Under the pieces are notes generated by a model. It worked only from the letters and a program-made list of their open reading frames with translations, was not told where the DNA came from and searched no databases. From a virus: 5,553 bases of DNA. Shown here piece after piece: positions 5,183-5,553 of the stretch. The translations under genes were made by a program, and so were the position numbers. The DNA is taken from the IMG/VR virus record IMGVR_UViG_3300020182_000005, positions 1 through 5,553 of that record; one strand, 5' to 3'. Positions within the stretch are counted from its first letter, which is position 1, and every line of letters begins with the position of its first letter.

Positions 5183-5210
5183 ATGGCCGATAATATATAT
5201 TATGATACCA
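5183..5210. promoter_or_regulatory. dif-like 28-nt site (candidate XerC/XerD recombination target) built around a perfect 14-nt palindrome
   Basis: ATGGCCGATAA-TATATA-TTATGATACCA. The palindrome ATAATATATATTAT is at 5190-5203. By my own position-by-position count it matches E. coli dif (GGTGCGCATAA TGTATA TTATGTTAAAT) at 18 of 28 positions. It matches B. subtilis dif (ACTTCCTAGAA TATATA TTATGTAAACT) at 19 of 28, including the whole central hexamer and the inner ATAA / TTATG arm ends. Both dif sequences are quoted from memory. The sequence is low-complexity and AT-rich, so chance resemblance is possible. Confidence 0.3.
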
Positions 5211-5242
5211 TTATGAGACTCATTGTGTTGACCCATACGTTT

Positions 5243-5272
5243 TTTATAGCTTTGTACATTTGTAAATGTAAA
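5243..5272 (-). promoter_or_regulatory. Candidate sigma70-type promoter for the structural operon
   Basis: On the minus strand: TTTACA (5272-5267), an 18-nt spacer, then TATAAA (5248-5243). An A/T-rich UP-like tract lies upstream (CTTTTTTAAAAAAAAGGGC). It sits ~100 nt upstream of the first gene. The spacer contains the near-palindrome TACATTT-GT-AAATGTA (5255-5270). Confidence 0.4.
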
Positions 5273-5470
5273 GCCCTTTTTTTAAAAAAGTTTCATTTTT
5301 TTACTTTTAACACCAAGGAACATATGTTTTTTTAGACCCTGACCCCCCAGTAGGGGTGTTATTCTTTGGTCTATCTTTGCACCTTATCCGCAAGTCCTTG
5401 ACCCTAAAGTTTTTGGGGGATTTTTTCCGCTTCGCTAGAGCCTGTTCAGGCGGTGCTGTAGCCGTTCGCT

Positions 5471-5486
5471 CCCGTTGTTCAACGGG
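5471..5486. other. Small GC-rich hairpin 15 nt downstream of the Rep stop
   Basis: CCCGTT (5471-5476) pairs with AACGGG (5481-5486), loop GTTC. No U-tract follows on the coding strand. Confidence 0.45.
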
Positions 5487-5500
5487 TGGACTGTATATTT

Positions 5501-5553
5501 CTATTCCCCGTCCAATTCCGCGTACTGTACCTCGGCGTAGGTTCGCCGTCGTT
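5501..5553 (-). CDS. C-terminal end of the same Rep CDS (5530-5553 duplicates 1-24; the unique part is 5501-5529)
   Basis: Position 1 equals 5530. Continuing the frame gives ...QRRRTYAE-VQYAELDGE, then TAG at 5503-5501. Confidence 0.85.
   Translation of the reverse strand, partial: RRRTYAEVQYAELDGE
5530..5553. repeat. Terminal direct repeat, copy 2 (circular-assembly overlap)
   Basis: Identical to 1-24. Confidence 0.95.

Larger units (their letters stand above)
5175..5500. other. Major non-coding region (~325 nt) between the Rep stop and the first structural-module gene; likely holds promoter(s) and possibly origin or recombination sites
   Basis: I found no minus-strand ORF with an SD here; the longest ATG ORFs I traced were 13 and 19 aa. 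It is rich in homopolymer tracts (C6 5343-5348, G5 5415-5419, T7A6 5277-5289, T7 5296-5302 and 5327-5333). It also holds small hairpins and repeated GACCC-containing motifs. Confidence 0.8.
1..5529 (-). mobile_element. Complete circular Microviridae-type ssDNA phage genome (one 5529-nt unit; the coding/viral strand is the reverse complement of the given strand)
   Basis: There is an exact 24-nt overlap between the window ends. The gene set is F/VP1-like capsid, VP2-like pilot and HUH Rep with a Y-x-x-K-Y motif. All genes are co-oriented and tightly packed or overlapping. The size (~5.5 kb) is typical of the family. Confidence 0.9.

Noticed and set aside
5228-5250. Plus-strand promoter-like pair: TTGACC (5228-5233) and TATAGC (5245-5250).
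   Set aside because: The spacer is only 11 nt, there is no plus-strand gene to serve, and the -10 match is poor. The TTGACC is better viewed as one copy of the repeated GACCC-core motif.
5277-5289. T7A6 tract and other homopolymer runs; I considered them as phased bending elements.
   Set aside because: The spacings between tracts (37, 19, 31, 83 and 11 nt) show no helical phasing. They are more likely part of an UP-like AT-rich promoter context.
1-5553. I looked for CRISPR arrays, tRNA/rRNA genes, transposase or integrase genes, toxin-antitoxin pairs and other defence genes.
   Set aside because: No spaced repeat array, no cloverleaf-like or rRNA-like segments, and no additional long ORFs are present. 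The whole window is accounted for by the phage genes and two non-coding regions.

Overview
This window is a complete, circularly closed genome of a small ssDNA phage of the family Microviridae. Bases 1-24 are repeated exactly at 5530-5553 (assembly overlap), giving a 5529-nt unit. All convincing genes are on the minus strand, so the viral/mRNA-sense strand is the reverse complement of the given sequence.

Reading the minus strand from the ~325-nt non-coding region (5500 down to 5175), the order is:
- two tandem, translationally coupled small hydrophobic ORFs (59 or 40 aa, and 31 aa; both below the ORF-track cutoff)
- a 292-aa VP2/pilot-like protein
- the 556-aa F/VP1-type major capsid protein
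- a GC-rich hairpin terminator/attenuator
- a 175-aa orphan in the scaffold (VP3) slot
- a 178-aa zinc peptidase of the M15 type (VanY / L-Ala-D-Glu endopeptidase)
- a 349-aa HUH rolling-circle Rep (A/VP4-like). It crosses the window junction (1021 to 1, then 5529 to 5501) and is therefore absent from the supplied ORF track.

All six plus-strand ORFs in the track look like antisense shadows.

Things worth a second look:
1. A peptidoglycan hydrolase in a phage family known for enzyme-free single-gene lysis. Together with the two unannotated membrane peptides it could form a holin/endolysin-like module.
2. A dif-like (XerCD-type) AT-rich palindromic site in the leader of the operon, hinting at possible lysogeny.
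3. Structured DNA elements that are candidate origins or attenuators.
4. A perfect 16-nt in-frame direct repeat inside the 175-aa orphan gene.

All family assignments come from motif recognition by eye. No searches were run.
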